A DNA stretch of 61,951 nucleotides, the filler included, from Basidiobolus ranarum (Eukaryota): assembly GCA_040143965.1 (NCBI GenBank). It is 10 parts of 10 records of this genome, joined end to end, with 100 filler letters (N's around TTAATTAATTAA, not from the genome) between each part and the next. Parts side by side here need not be neighbours in the genome. Positions count along the whole stretch, not along the records: positions 1 to 6,122 come from JASJQH010001404.1; positions 6,223 to 12,343 come from JASJQH010001405.1; positions 12,444 to 18,557 come from JASJQH010001406.1; 7 more parts are not named here. The stretch is one strand, 5' to 3'. Positions 1 through 12,469 of this stretch are shown one piece after another (the stretch's first letter is position 1; the number at the start of each line of letters is the position of its first letter). The position numbers were made by a program, and so were the translations under genes. Below the pieces are notes generated by a model, which was not told where the DNA came from, did no database searches, and saw nothing but the letters and a program-made list of their open reading frames with translations.

Positions 1-1
1 T

Positions 2-279
2 TGTTGAATTGAATGTGTCCTATTTATAGTTTAGTTTGAATTACAACTATTGGTTATGCTAGATCATAAAAACCGTGCCTGTTAAGCATGGGTGAAAATT
101 TCAGGTGATTGGGACAAGTTTTGCAAAAATAGTGAAAATTGGTAAAAGCAATCTAATTGATATTTCTATTAATTAAAGCAATAAACATACATATTTCAAT
201 GACAGAAATGAGTACTAAACAATCAAAATGGGAATAAACTATCCACTAAATAATGAGTTGCTATTTACCTATTTTCAAT
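2..279 (-). repeat. 3' LTR of the copia element
   Basis: Lies directly after the PPT and ends in ...TTCAACA on the minus strand. Positions ~150-278 are homologous to ~3250-3377. Confidence 0.7.
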
Positions 280-1090
280 GTTCCCACTCAAAATTATTTT
301 ATATTTCTCTTAAACCAAACTTATATCTCAATAATTCACACTGTGCTTTTGCTTAGGTTTGGTTAAGATGTCAGCAATCATTTCTTCTGTAGGGCAATAG
401 ACAGGTTCATTTATAACATTCCCTCTTGCCTCTCTAACATAATGATTTCTAATATCTTTATGTTTTGTTCTGGCACAAAATGTAGGGTTTCTAGCTAATG
501 ATATATAACTTTGATTTTCTTGAAATACAGTAGTAGCATGTTTTTGCATGTATTGTAAGTCTGTAAATAATTTTCTTAACCACATAGCTTCCTGTGTAGT
601 AGCAGAGGCAGCCATATACTCTGCTTCTGTAGTGGAAAGTGGTATGGTTGGTTGCTTCTTACTATTACTAGTTATGGATCCATCACCATAAAGACAAGTG
701 TAAACAGTTGTTGATCTTCTATCATCAAGATTTTTTCCCCAGTCTGCATAACTATAGCCTTCAAAATTTTGTGCATCAGAACTAGATCTGCAGTTCCTCT
801 CAAGTACCTGAATATTTGTTTTACTGCAGTTTTGTGCTTTGATCCTGGATTTTTAAGATAGTGGCTGACAGTTGCCACTGCCACAGCAATTTCTGCATGG
901 TTCTAACCCTTATATACATTAAGCTACCCACCATGGATTGATAAGGGAACTCCTGGCTTTGATTTGAGTCATGTTGAGCCATATCAGACAATCTTGATTT
1001 GAATTCCAAGAAAATAACTTAATTCCACCATATTAGTCTTCTGAAATAGATTTAATAAGCTACTTTTAGTCTGAATAAGTGCTTCTATAT

Positions 1091-1540
1091 TGTTATGCAC
1101 CAATATAAACAGTTGTTTAGCTTATGCAATTTCTATATAACTTGTATGAATATCTGTTTAGCTTCTCATAATCACTAACTAGTTTCCTGACCTGATCCAG
1201 TGACTCAATCATGTGACTTATTACATGACTAACTATCTATTCTCTTATCCCTTCTATCAGATCATATGACCAATCATATGATCATTATACAATCAGTATT
1301 AAACTCTGAGTCATCTGCCTAGACACAAGTCAATAGAAGTCACAAGGTTCATAACCAATTATCTTTTGTTGCCAGGATTTCAGCTGGTGCATGACTCACT
1401 TATCTGTGTATCTATCTATCCAATCACATTTTCTTTTTCAGAATTAGTCATCTAGTATCTTGGCACTGATTTATTCATTTGGCTATCAAAAAGTATAAAT
1501 AAAGCTAACTGAACCTTTTGGTTTGGTGTGTGTGTCAACA
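1091..1540. mobile_element. Solo-LTR-like insertion inside the copia RT
   Basis: TGTTA...CAACA ends, flanked by TATAT/AATAT (imperfect 5-bp TSD). It interrupts RT just downstream of YVDH. Confidence 0.65.
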
Positions 1541-1550
1541 AATATAGGAT

Positions 1551-1812
1551 TGTAACACTTCTCAATGTTTCTTGACAAGGTCAATATTCCCCTTTATTTC
1601 TATCCAAGCCTGGTATCCACTAGCACCTACAGAACACCCAGCCTAGTGGCCTAGCGAGTCTATTCTCTACTGTAGGAAAGCAACCCATTGCTATTCCCAA
1701 GACATATATTAGTTTGATCTGCTCTGCTGATACATTCTGCTTAAACAGTTCTAAGATTCTGCACTTAACTGTTTCTTTGGTTCTGACTTTTGATCCACTC
1801 TTCTCTTGGACA
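1551..1812. mobile_element. Second solo-LTR-like insertion
   Basis: TGTAAC...GGACA ends, flanked by GGAT/GAAT. RT homology resumes immediately after 1812. Confidence 0.5.
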
Positions 1813-2801
1813 GAATATAGATCATATGTGTCTATCACCAGGTGATCCACATATAGTGCCAAGACAAGGATCCTATTTATGGATGTTTTGATGTAAATTC
1901 TGTGATCTGCTGTGCGTTTTTGGAATTCTAGTGATTTGAAATAGATATCCATCTTGTTGTATCATGCCCTGGGTGCTTGCTTGAGTCCATATAGCAATTT
2001 TTGCAGTTTACAGACCACAGCAGGGTGGTTTGGGTCAATAAATCCATCTGGTTGCTTCATTTAGTTCTCTTCTTCTAGATTTCCATTCAAACTGCTGTTT
2101 TTACATCCATTTGATGTAAATCAAGGTTATCAATGGCTGAGAGTGCCAGGACAGATTTGATGGGGACAAACTTAGCTACTAGAGCAAAAGGTTTATTAAA
2201 ATCAACTCCTGGATTCTGGTAATAACCTTTTGCAACTAATCTTGCTTTGTACCTTTCTATGGTTTCATCAGCTTAGTTTTTGCCTTTGTAGACACATTTA
2301 TGGTCTAGTGCCTTTCTCCCTGATGGTAGGAGATTTAAAACCCAGGTTTTATTGTCCTGAAGTGAAGAAAACTAATCAGACATTGCTTTTTCCCATAAAT
2401 TGTATTCTAGCCCCTCCAGAGCTTGATTTTGACACTGTGGCTTGTCACAAAATGCTGCATAAGCATACACATCAATATTGGAAGTGTCCCACTTGTTTCC
2501 CAGCTTATTTCTCATTCTGAATTATCTTCTGGCTCCTGAATCATTTTCTGATGTAATTGGGACTGGAACTTGGTTGAATAGCTCTCAGATAAAGCTGAAA
2601 TTTTGTCAGACACTTCCTGCATAGTGCTAATTGTGTTTTCTGAACCAAAAACTGTGATTTGAGGTAAAAAAAGTTGTTCTTTCATAAATAATCATATCTC
2701 TACACTTAATTAACTTCTGATTTTTGATATTGAACAGTCTATAGGCCTTATATCTATCACAGTAACCAAGAAATATGCATTTTCTGCTTTTGGTTTCCAA
2801 T

Positions 2802-3377
2802 TTAGAGCATTTCTGAAAGTGCTATGGTTGGTTGCTTCTTACTACTCCAAGCAATGGATCCATTACCATAAAGAAAAGTGTACACAGTTGTTGATCTTCT
2901 ATCATCAAGATTTCTTCTCCAATGTGCATCACCATAGCCTTCACAAATTGGTGCATCAAGAGTGGCAGAGTACTCCAGAACTAGATCTACAGTTCCTCTC
3001 AAATACCTGAATATTTTTTTACCGCAGTTTTGTGCTTGGATCCTAGATTTTTGAGATATTGGCTTACAATTGCCAATGCCACAGCCATGTCTAAATGTGT
3101 TTGGTCCATTGTATATATTTAACTTCCCATCATGGACTAATAAGGGAACTCCTGGCTTTGATTAGAGTTATTATGAGCCAAATCAGATGCTATTTTGATC
3201 AATTTCACATCAGGATCCATTGGTGTTGATACGGGCTTGCTATTCTGTGATCTAATTGTTACTTCTAACAATTAGTGCAATAAACACATGTTTTTAAATT
3301 ACAGAGTTGAGTGCTAATAATCAGAATATGGCAAACTACCTACTAAATAATGAGTTGCTATTTACTCATTTTCAACT
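2802..3377 (-). mobile_element. Copia RT/RNase H fragment plus LTR fragment
   Basis: GYGDAHW...DDRRSTT...WSSKKQPTIALS is paralogous to 640-980. Positions 3250-3377 match the LTR at 150-278. Confidence 0.85.
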
Positions 3378-6122
3378 CAGTTCCTCTTAAATACCTGAAA
3401 ATTTGGTTTACTGTGCTTTGAGCTCAGATCCTGGATTTATGAGATATTAGCTCACTGATCCACCAGCCACAGCAATGCCTGGACATGTAAAACCAATAAA
3501 TATATTAAACTACCCACTATGGATTGATGAGGGAACTCCTTGATTTGATATGAGTCATTTGGGGCCAAATTGGAAGAAATAGTTATTATTTTCACATTTG
3601 AAACCATTGATGTTGATACAGGGCAGCTATTCTCAATGTAGTAGCATTTTAGGATTTCTAAGATGTCTAGAATGTATCTAGACTAATTCAGCAAGTTTTT
3701 CTGATTTGGTTTGGCTCTCTTGATTTGGATTACAAGGAAATAACTTAATCCATCCATGTTGGTCATCCAAAATTGGTTTGCTAAGCTGCTTTTCATCTGA
3801 TTAAGTGGCTTTCAATTATGTGTAGCTATGTTCAAATCATCCACATATAGTGCCAAGATAAGAATTCATTTCTGGTTGTTTTGATGTAAAACAGGGCCTG
3901 CTGTGATTTCTGGAATTCAATTGACTTGAACTAATATCCATCTTCTTATACCATGCCCTGGGTGCTTACTTAAGGCAATATGGCAGTTTCAGCAACTTCA
4001 AGCCATATTAGGATGTTTGTGGTCAACAAATCCATCTAGTGGCTGTGTATTTGTCTCTTCTTCCAGATTACCATTTGGAAAAGCTGTTATGACATTCATT
4101 TGATGTAAGTTAAAGATAAAGATAGTGGAGAGTGTCAGGATTGATCCAATGGTGCTAAACTTAGCTACTGGATCAAAAGTGTTGTAAAATCAAATCTTGC
4201 AATCTGGGAATAATCTTTGGCAATTAATCTTACTTTGTACCTTCCTAAGGTTCCATCAACTCAGTTCTTGGCTTCATAGTCCTATTTGGTGATTTTGGCT
4301 TTCTCCCTGATGATAAAGGACTTAAAACCTATGTTTTAGTGTCCTGAAGTGAACAAAACTCACTAGGCATTGCATTTTCTCCTAATTTTGATTCTGTACA
4401 CCCCAGAGTCCAATCTGGAGTCTGTGGTATGTCACCAATTGCTGCATAAGCATTGACATCATCATTGAACATGAACCACCAGTTGACTGGCATATTCCTT
4501 CTTCTGGATGAGCTTTTAAGTCCTGAGTTATCCTCTGATTTATTTAAAGCTGAAGTTTTGAATGAACCAGGCTTAAAAACAGCTATAATTTGTTAGACAC
4601 CTCATGAATAGGGCTGACTGTGCTTTCTGTATCACACACTGTAATTTGAGGTGAAAAGTTTGTTTTTTCATCAAAATCATATCTCTGCTCTTAATCAACT
4701 TCAGGTATTCAGTGTCTGACAGTCTTCAGGCCTTTGAACCATCACTGTAACCACAAAACATGCATTTTTCTACTTTTGGGTTGCAATTCAGAGCATTTTT
4801 GAGTGGAATTTAGGAAATAAACTGTGCAACCTAAGATGCTACAGTAATTCACTCTTGGTTTTGATCTGTATAGGGCCTCAAAAGGGGTACTTATTTGAGG
4901 CAATCCTGTTATGCTTCAGTTTTTGAAAAAGACTGCAGCAGAGACAAATTTAGCCTAATATTAGGAACCTGTTGCTTTACTCCATGTTTAGAACAAAAAC
5001 TAGCAAAGGCTTTAGAGCGGTATTCTCCACTGATTCCACTATTTGTACCCTCATTTTTGGGCTGATTATTTGTCTCCCATTGCTTTGTAGTTTTTTAACT
5101 TAGGTTAGGCTTCAGATTTTGATTTAAGAAAGAATGCCCAAGTAAATACTGTTTTCTCATTGTTAAATGCTGTAATGTACCTTTTGCCACCAAGTGAGAT
5201 GTTTTTCACGGGCCTGCCTAAGTCAGAGTAAATCAGAGCAAAATTCTCAGTTAATTTGGTCACTCAAGAGCTTGAAAATAGTTGCCTGTACTGCTCTTCA
5301 TGGGCCTACATAAGTCAGAATCATCCAGGACAAAATGCTGAGTAAATTTGATCACTCCAGAGCTTGAAAAGGGCTGTCTGTGATGTTTCCAAAATGAAAC
5401 CTTCACACAGATCTACTTAAGTGATATTTTTAATTTCTGATACTGAAACAAGCTGATTTTAGATCATTTGTATCAGATTTTGTTCCTCAATGTTGCTCAA
5501 TCTTTTTTAACACATTTGACAGCTTATTTCACCAGTTTTGGCCAAGTCTGCATGCTCAGAATGCAATTTGTTGCTTTCCAGCTTGAATATGTTTGAGATC
5601 TTGATACTGGTAGATAATATGGCTTTCTTGTACATGTGATAGTGCATCCAGCCTTGCTGAATGTGAAATTTAGTCCTTGAGCTGTTGCTTGGCATACTGA
5701 GAGTAGATTCTTGGCTCTACTTGGTATGTAGAATACATCATTAAATTTTGCAGATGGTGAAGTTAAATGTTGATCCAAATAGAGCACAATGATGCCCTTA
5801 CAAACTGCATATAGTTCATAGTCATCTCTTAAGCACACTTTCTTTGTTTAGATGGGTTTCAAATCAGAAAATCAATCTTTCTTGTTTGGCATATGCCAGG
5901 AAGCTCCTGACTCAATGTACAATGTTTCTGAGTGTTCCTTAGTGGTTTCTGATATGGCTGACACAAATTGATGGTTTCTATCAATGCAAACCTGGCATGA
6001 ATTATCTGATTTCAACATTTTAGCAAAATCAATTTGTGCAACTGAGGTCATTTTGGGTGAATATTTTTCATTTTCATTAAACAAAACATCCCTGGACTTG
6101 ATTAACTTGGAAACTTTGGTAT
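3378..6122 (-). mobile_element. Degenerate Ty1/copia pol (protease, GAG-pre-integrase, integrase, RT)
   Basis: YIESGASWHM (protease DSGAS), VFYIPSRAKNLLSV, SDLCRP (HSDLCGP), KKCMFCGY, then RT paralogous to 1800-2400. Confidence 0.9.
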
Positions 6123-6222
6123 NNNNNNNNNNNNNNNNNNNNNNNNNNNNNNNNNNNNNNNNNNNNTTAATTAATTAANNNNNNNNNNNNNNNNNNNNNN
6201 NNNNNNNNNNNNNNNNNNNNNN
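6123..6222. other. Artificial contig spacer, first of nine (others start at 12344, 18558, 24768, 30977, 37179, 43376, 49570, 55762)
   Basis: Identical 100-bp N44-TTAATTAATTAA-N44 linker that gives stops in all six frames. Confidence 0.99.
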
Positions 6223-7525
6223 TAATGGTTCCATCGGGAACTTCATCGTCAAAGAGCCCATGGTATTGGGACACGAGTCAAGTGGGGTGGTGGTAGAAGT
6301 CGGAGAAGGAGTAACACATCTAAAACCTGGTAAGAATCGTAATGAGATATATCACGCCGAGTTCCCCACTAATAGATTTCTTTTAGGGGACAGAGTTGCA
6401 CTTGAACCTGGAGTTCCTTGTCGTATGTGTCAACATTGTAAAACTGGACATTACAATCTATGCCCCGAAATGGAATTTGCTGCTACCCCACCATATCATG
6501 GAACTTTAACCGAATATTACACACATCCAGCAGATTTCTGTTTTAAGTTTGTATTAAGCACTTGTTCATCGAGCGCGATGAAGTACTAAAATTCGTTGAC
6601 ATGAATAGACTTCCCGATAACGTATCATACGCTGAAGGAGCTCTCATGGAGCCATTTTCAGTTGCCATTCATGCATGTCGACGAGCAGGAGTTACTCTTG
6701 GAAGCAGTGTGCTTATTTGCGGCTCCGGTTAGTCACTACTCTCAACACCAACCCATTTTTGAATAGAGGCTAAATCTTATATTGTAGGTCCAATTGGACT
6801 TGTTAATGTATTGGCTGCTAAAGCAGCTGGTGCAACCTTTATTTGTGTTTATGGTGAGAATTCATTATACCTTCATATTACTTGGCAATTCTCTAATTAT
6901 GAACTTGTAAAAGATATTAATGGGGGCCGGTTAGAAGTCGCTAAAGAATTAGGTGCACATCATACAGTCATTATTGACCCGAAGAAAAGCCCAGAGGAAA
7001 CGGCACAAGATATATGCAATCAAAGTGGATTTCCCTTGGGTTTTGATATTTCCATTGAATGCAGTGGCGCTGAATCCAGTATGCGTACTGGAATCTTCGT
7101 AAGTTTCTAAATCCAATCAGAGTCACGTGACTCGACATTTTTACTAATATTGTGTTGCAATAGGCTACCAAGCCTGGTGGTAAGATGACAATGGTTGGGC
7201 TTGGACATCCAGACGTTAGTTTGCCAGTAGTAGATGGTTCTATTGTAAGAGAAGTTGAGCTGCGCGGATCATTTCGGTATTGCAACACGTAAGTTCAACA
7301 TAATATCATATGACTATACTATAAGCCATCGACTAACGCCCATTTCAATGCAGGTACCCAACAGCTATTCAACTAGCTAGCTCAGGATTGGTAAATCTGA
7401 AGCCTCTATTGACACATCACTTCAAATTCGAAGACAGCATCAAAGCATTCGAACTGGTTCATTCTAACGCACCCGGTGTAATCAAAGTGCAAATCTGGAA
7501 TGGTGATGAAAATACACGTTTATAA
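6223..7525 (+). CDS. Zn-dependent sorbitol/xylitol dehydrogenase (MDR family), 5'-truncated, 6 introns visible
   Basis: [24 protein letters not shown].......C, GALMEP, GSGPIG, GSFRYCN. Spliced C-terminus [15 protein letters not shown]. Confidence 0.95.
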
Positions 7526-8344
7526 GGCATGCATCTATATCTTAGTTTACAGCACTCTATTGAATTTGTCTGAATCTATTTGTAAACCACCTGGAAATAA
7601 ACTCTCTTTTGATGAAGTGACATTATCCACACAAACATTGATACGGTATTTTGGTAAGCGATATAACCGTGATGGCCTCGTGTGACATCACCAATCTCCA
7701 CCCAAGCTAGTGGTTAATTTAACCTGGATTCATAATCAATTATGTGAAGTGCCAAAAACAGAGTGGTAGAAGCTTGGTGTAAATTAAATTCATCTGGATC
7801 ACTTGTCCAGGCAACGTTGTCTGATACCACAATCACAAAGCCATGAACGCTAGATGAGGAAATAGAGTAGCGAATCATATGAATTCATCGTGAGAAAGCT
7901 GACTCTAAATACAGCTCGGTTTAACATTGTACGAGCTATATATGTAGCGAAGGGTGGATTGGAGCGACCATGCTAGTATATGGGACATATATATCTCTTC
8001 AATATAAGGCAAAATAGTCTTCCGCTCGAGTTCAACCTGGGATAATTAATTATGTACTTGCTGCTGATAGTTAATTATACTATATATTTCGATCATCTGT
8101 GTGAAAGAAATCATAATAGACCTTTTGTCTTCCTGAGGCGTAACCTGGATTCTTCAGCCTTCTCCCATTATGGGAACATTTGGAGTTTCTGTATTCGTAA
8201 GTCCAATATTTTGGTGCATTGGATTCTCAGGTCCAAAAACAACGTAATTGATTTTAAACTGATCATTCGCGCTTGAACTTTAAATACAACCACTAAAATA
8301 AACTTTCCATACGTCTTCTTTACTTTCCTTTTCATTTATTAACT

Positions 8345-11300
8345 ATGTTTTGGCGCAATGTGTATGCTGTCACAAAGTCTCTACCAAGAGCCCAACTTGT
8401 AACTGGTAATATCAAAGCTAGTTCAGTATTAGCTAGGTCTATCCATTCCGTCTCTAGGAGTAAGAATTTCGTCTACTCGCCTGAAGTCATTGAAGCTATT
8501 AATAAGCAACTTCCTATCGTTGCTTTAGAATCTACTATCATTAGTCATGGTACAGTTATCTAACTTCCTAAAAATCTTTCTTTTGTATTCACTCACTCGA
8601 AATCCTCTAAAGGTATGCCATATCCTCAAAATCTTGAGACCGCCAAGGCTGTCGAGAATATCGTCCGTGAAAACAAATGTGTTCCTGCTACCATTGCTAT
8701 TTTGGATGGAAAGGTTCATATCGGTAAGTATTACAAACTTCAATACTCACCACTCACCATTCTTTTTATCATTCTAATACTCTTACTGGATAATAGGTTT
8801 GGATGAAGAGCATTTACAAAAGCTTGCTAGTCTCGGAACTTCTCCTAAAAAAACCTCACGTAGAGACATCGCTACAGTCGTTTCTGAGGTAAATATTCTT
8901 TCACAAATGAACAAACCCCTAATATCGTTCTAAACTCAGTCATGTGTGGTGTTAGAAATCAAACGGCTCCACTACAGTCTCTGGTACCATGGTCCTAGCT
9001 CATAACGCTGGTATTAAAGTATTTGTAACTGGTGGTATTGGAGGTGTTCACCGCGGTGCTGAAAACAGTAAGTTGAGCTCTAGTACAGTTATGTGATAAC
9101 AAAACCAAATTAACAAATAAACCTTAGCTATGGATATCAGTGCGGATCTTACCGAACTCGGCCGTACTCCAGTGGCAGTTGTTTGCGCTGGATGTAAATC
9201 CATCCTTGATATCGAAAAGACATTGGAATTTTTGGTAACCTAATGTAATTGCACAATGATATTCAAGTTCAAGTATTCATAAGTTTTTTAAAATATCCAG
9301 GAAACTCAAGGTGTCACTGTGACTACCTTCGGTGAAGGAGCTGAATTCCCCGCTTTCTTTACTCCAAAGTCAGGATTTAAGGTAGGATACTCGTGTTTGC
9401 ATATAGTTCAAAATTTCCTTGATTAACAGTGATTTTTAGTCTCCTTCCAATTCAAAGAGTATTGAAGCTTGCGCTTCTTTGATCAGTAAGTATACCATGG
9501 ATTTTTCCCTTTCTTTGGCATCATCTTTTGACACCATTCATTCAGAGGCCAGCATCGACATAGACATGGATAGTGGTATCGTTATTGCCAACCCTATCAA
9601 CCAGAAAGATGCCGCTGATACTGAACAAATCCAAGCAGCAATTGACCAGGCTGTTCGTGAATCAGTGTATGTTTTCACAAATATGTACAACATTCAATAC
9701 TAGCCGTATCTTAATCCCTCATTACCTCCTGTAGTGAACAAAACATTCAAGGAAAGGAAGCCACACCGTTCTTGTTACAAAGAGTCAATGCATTGACTGG
9801 TGGTAACTCTTTGAAAGCAAGTAAGTACTTTCAGTAGACCCTTAACAGGGGAATTTTCAGTATAGTCACATTTCTCTGAACTATTTTCATTTAGATATCG
9901 CGCTCGTGAAGAACAACGCAACCATCGGTAGTAAGATCGCCTACGAGCTTAACCAGCTCCTCAAGACATCCAACGTAACCGATACCAAGGTCTCTAACCA
10001 ATAGTCCCTATAACATAATGATTGGTTTTTAAACTTCATTTTATTAATTGTTTTGATAATATGGTTATATATAAATGCAATTGTAATGAGCCTGAATTAA
10101 TTATTCTCCTTTCGTTTCTCTTTATATCATGTTATATGCCAACTATGTTCAATATCGTGTAAAGACCACCAAAAGTCCGTACGTTGAAGTGAAACCGGTA
10201 ATATAAATCTACCTGTTACTCAATTGTAGTAACTCTTGGCAACATCTGTAGTTGTCGAGCCAAAATAGTGAAATAAATGTCTACCTCGCCGCAACTTAAA
10301 CAATGCATTAACGTCTCTCTTAGATGGTTATAGGTGGGTGTGCTCTAGATGTAACCTCTACCATGACAGAGGAGTTGACCACAATGGGAACATCTATCCG
10401 CGGCAAGTCTAGAAACTCGTTGGGAGGAGTTGGGTGCAACATAGCACAAGCTATCTATAGACTAGGATTGAACCCTACCATCATTTCAGCTGTAGGCAGT
10501 GATAGCAGCGGTGATGTTGTACGCAGCAAAATGAACGAAATTGGACTGGTAAAGCAACTCGTTTACTGATTACAAATTCTGAATGTTAAATGCTAAATAG
10601 GATTTCTCTTCTCAATTCAATCAGAATACCACTGGAATCGCCACTTTACCAGGCTACTCTACTGCAGTGTACAATGCTGTGCATGATAAGAATGGAGACT
10701 TGATCATTGCAGTAGCGGATATGGAGATCTTAGATAACATCCCAAGCGCTTTAGTAAGTGAAAAACTTAATAGAGACATCGAACTGCATACTAAAAAACT
10801 ACCGTAGGTGAAAGATCAAATCAACGAAAAGAAACCCAAATTCGTATGTTTCGATGGAAATATCTCACCTGATGTTATGACCACTATTGCAGAGGAGTGT
10901 CAAAAATTCAACATCCCAGGTAACTCGTTCTAGCATCCATTCATCGCTGAAATCTGGATTTACTGACTTGAGAAATCATAGCCTTATTTGAGCCTACATC
11001 AGTTCCGAAATCCCTGAAGTTGTTGATAAACCCACGTACTTTAGAATGTCGAAGTGTGAAATATATCACCCCGAATAATTATGAACTTCAAGCAATGAGC
11101 TCAAAATTAGCCAACACTCGCAGAACAGATCTTAACGTATCTTTGATTGATGCCTTTTCAAAAGAGTTCACTTTCAAGAGTAAGTACTAATATAGAATTC
11201 AGTACTTTGCCTTAAAAGCATTAGTATCTGGTATTTAGACAGTTAACCCTTCTCTCCTATATTCTCTAGAAATGGAAAGCACTTCCCTCATTAAGGATAG

Positions 11301-11726
11301 TCTAACATTGCTTCCATGGATTGACCATTTGTTAATCAAATTGGGTGGTGATGGCGTCCTTTTGGCGCGTCGCATTCAATCGGAGTATGCGAATACTAGC
11401 ATTACAGCTGAGCAACATTTCGAATATGACGGCGGGTTATATGGATTCAAACATTTCCATGGAATACCCAATGTACCAGTAGTCAATGTCACTGGAGCCG
11501 GTGATAGGTAAGCCTTTATCATAGGATTCTTTCTTTTTTTAAGGGCATAATTTAATTAATTACACTTTAATGTAGCTTCGTAGGGGCTTTTACCAGTGGT
11601 CTCTTGGTTCATGGTCATAATCAATTGGAAAAAACTCTTAATTTGGGACAATTGGTTGCCACTTTGACTTTGCAATCTCATCAAGCAGTGTCCGAAAAAG
11701 TCACACCTGAACTGTTGAAACTTTAG
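8345..11726 (+). CDS. Bifunctional pseudouridine-5'-phosphate glycosidase (PsuG/IndA) + PfkB pseudouridine kinase, multi-exon, with an N-terminal mitochondrial presequence-like segment
   Basis: [73 protein letters not shown]; then [43 protein letters not shown] phase-0 linker exon at 10165-10197 joins the halves. Confidence 0.92.
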
Positions 11727-12167
11727 AGTTAACCACATTTTAATCAAGTTTACTCTCATTTTGATAAATAAATTACGTTAATTGCTCACTGTAAGTTACT
11801 TGGAAGAACTCCAAAAACCATCGTAACCATTGATTTACCGCTATTTTATTTTCAGTGATTTCTAGGAGAAAATTATGGGAGATAATACGATTCAAATTCC
11901 ATGAATTCAAGAGCGGTAGCACCTAAAATCCAATGATTGAAATTTCCAATAAAAAGAAAAAAGAAAAAAAAAAGGATTGTTTCCCACTAGAATAGAAAGT
12001 GAATACCATTCTATCTCATTCATAAATTTTACCTTATTTCTGCCTAGAAAAAAAATCCTTTTTTCTTGGTTTCTATTAGATTTCTTTTAGTGTGCATATT
12101 CTTTCACTCCTTCTTTTCACAATACCTGGAATTAATTTGATTTGATACTTTAGTTATTACTATTAAT

Positions 12168-12343
12168 ATGGCTGACGATGATGGTATGATGTTAAATTTT
12201 ACTACCTCAAGTGCACCTTCAGGTAGACGCCCACAAGCTCGTGTTACTCAAGTTAAAGGCGGCTGGAAACAACAACACAAGGCGAAAAAGATTGCCCAAC
12301 ACGGTACTTCTGCTTCGCCTACCGCAATGACGTTCGATATGCC
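12168..12343 (+). CDS. DBP7: Probable N-terminus of DEAD-box RNA helicase Dbp7 (truncated by contig end)
   Basis: MADDDGMMLNF...KGGWK resembles fungal Dbp7 N-termini. No helicase core is visible. Confidence 0.6.
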
Positions 12344-12469
12344 NNNNNNNNNNNNNNNNNNNNNNNNNNNNNNNNNNNNNNNNNNNNTTAATTAATTAAN
12401 NNNNNNNNNNNNNNNNNNNNNNNNNNNNNNNNNNNNNNNNNNNCCCCCGATATTTATAAAAACATCATA

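Larger units (their letters stand above)
2..2800 (-). mobile_element. Degenerate Ty1/copia LTR retrotransposon, 3' half (integrase tail, RT, RNase H, PPT, 3' LTR)
   Basis: Minus-strand remnants: [18 protein letters not shown] (YVDD), YQSMVGSLMY, STTEAEYMA, RTKHKDIRNHYVRE, EMIADILTKP. Purine tract TTGAGTGGGA at ~282-291 is followed by an LTR ending in CAACA at position 2. Many stops and frameshifts. Confidence 0.93.

Noticed and set aside
5210-5380. ~90-bp tandem duplication within the copia integrase (a similar ~78-bp direct repeat occurs at 40576/40780)
   Set aside because: Two diverged copies inside dead elements; ordinary TE decay, not a CRISPR or functional array.
11715-11726. LKL C-terminus of the kinase (and PHL of the hydrolase at 13259-13270) as PTS1
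   Set aside because: Non-consensus at position -3, with no other support.
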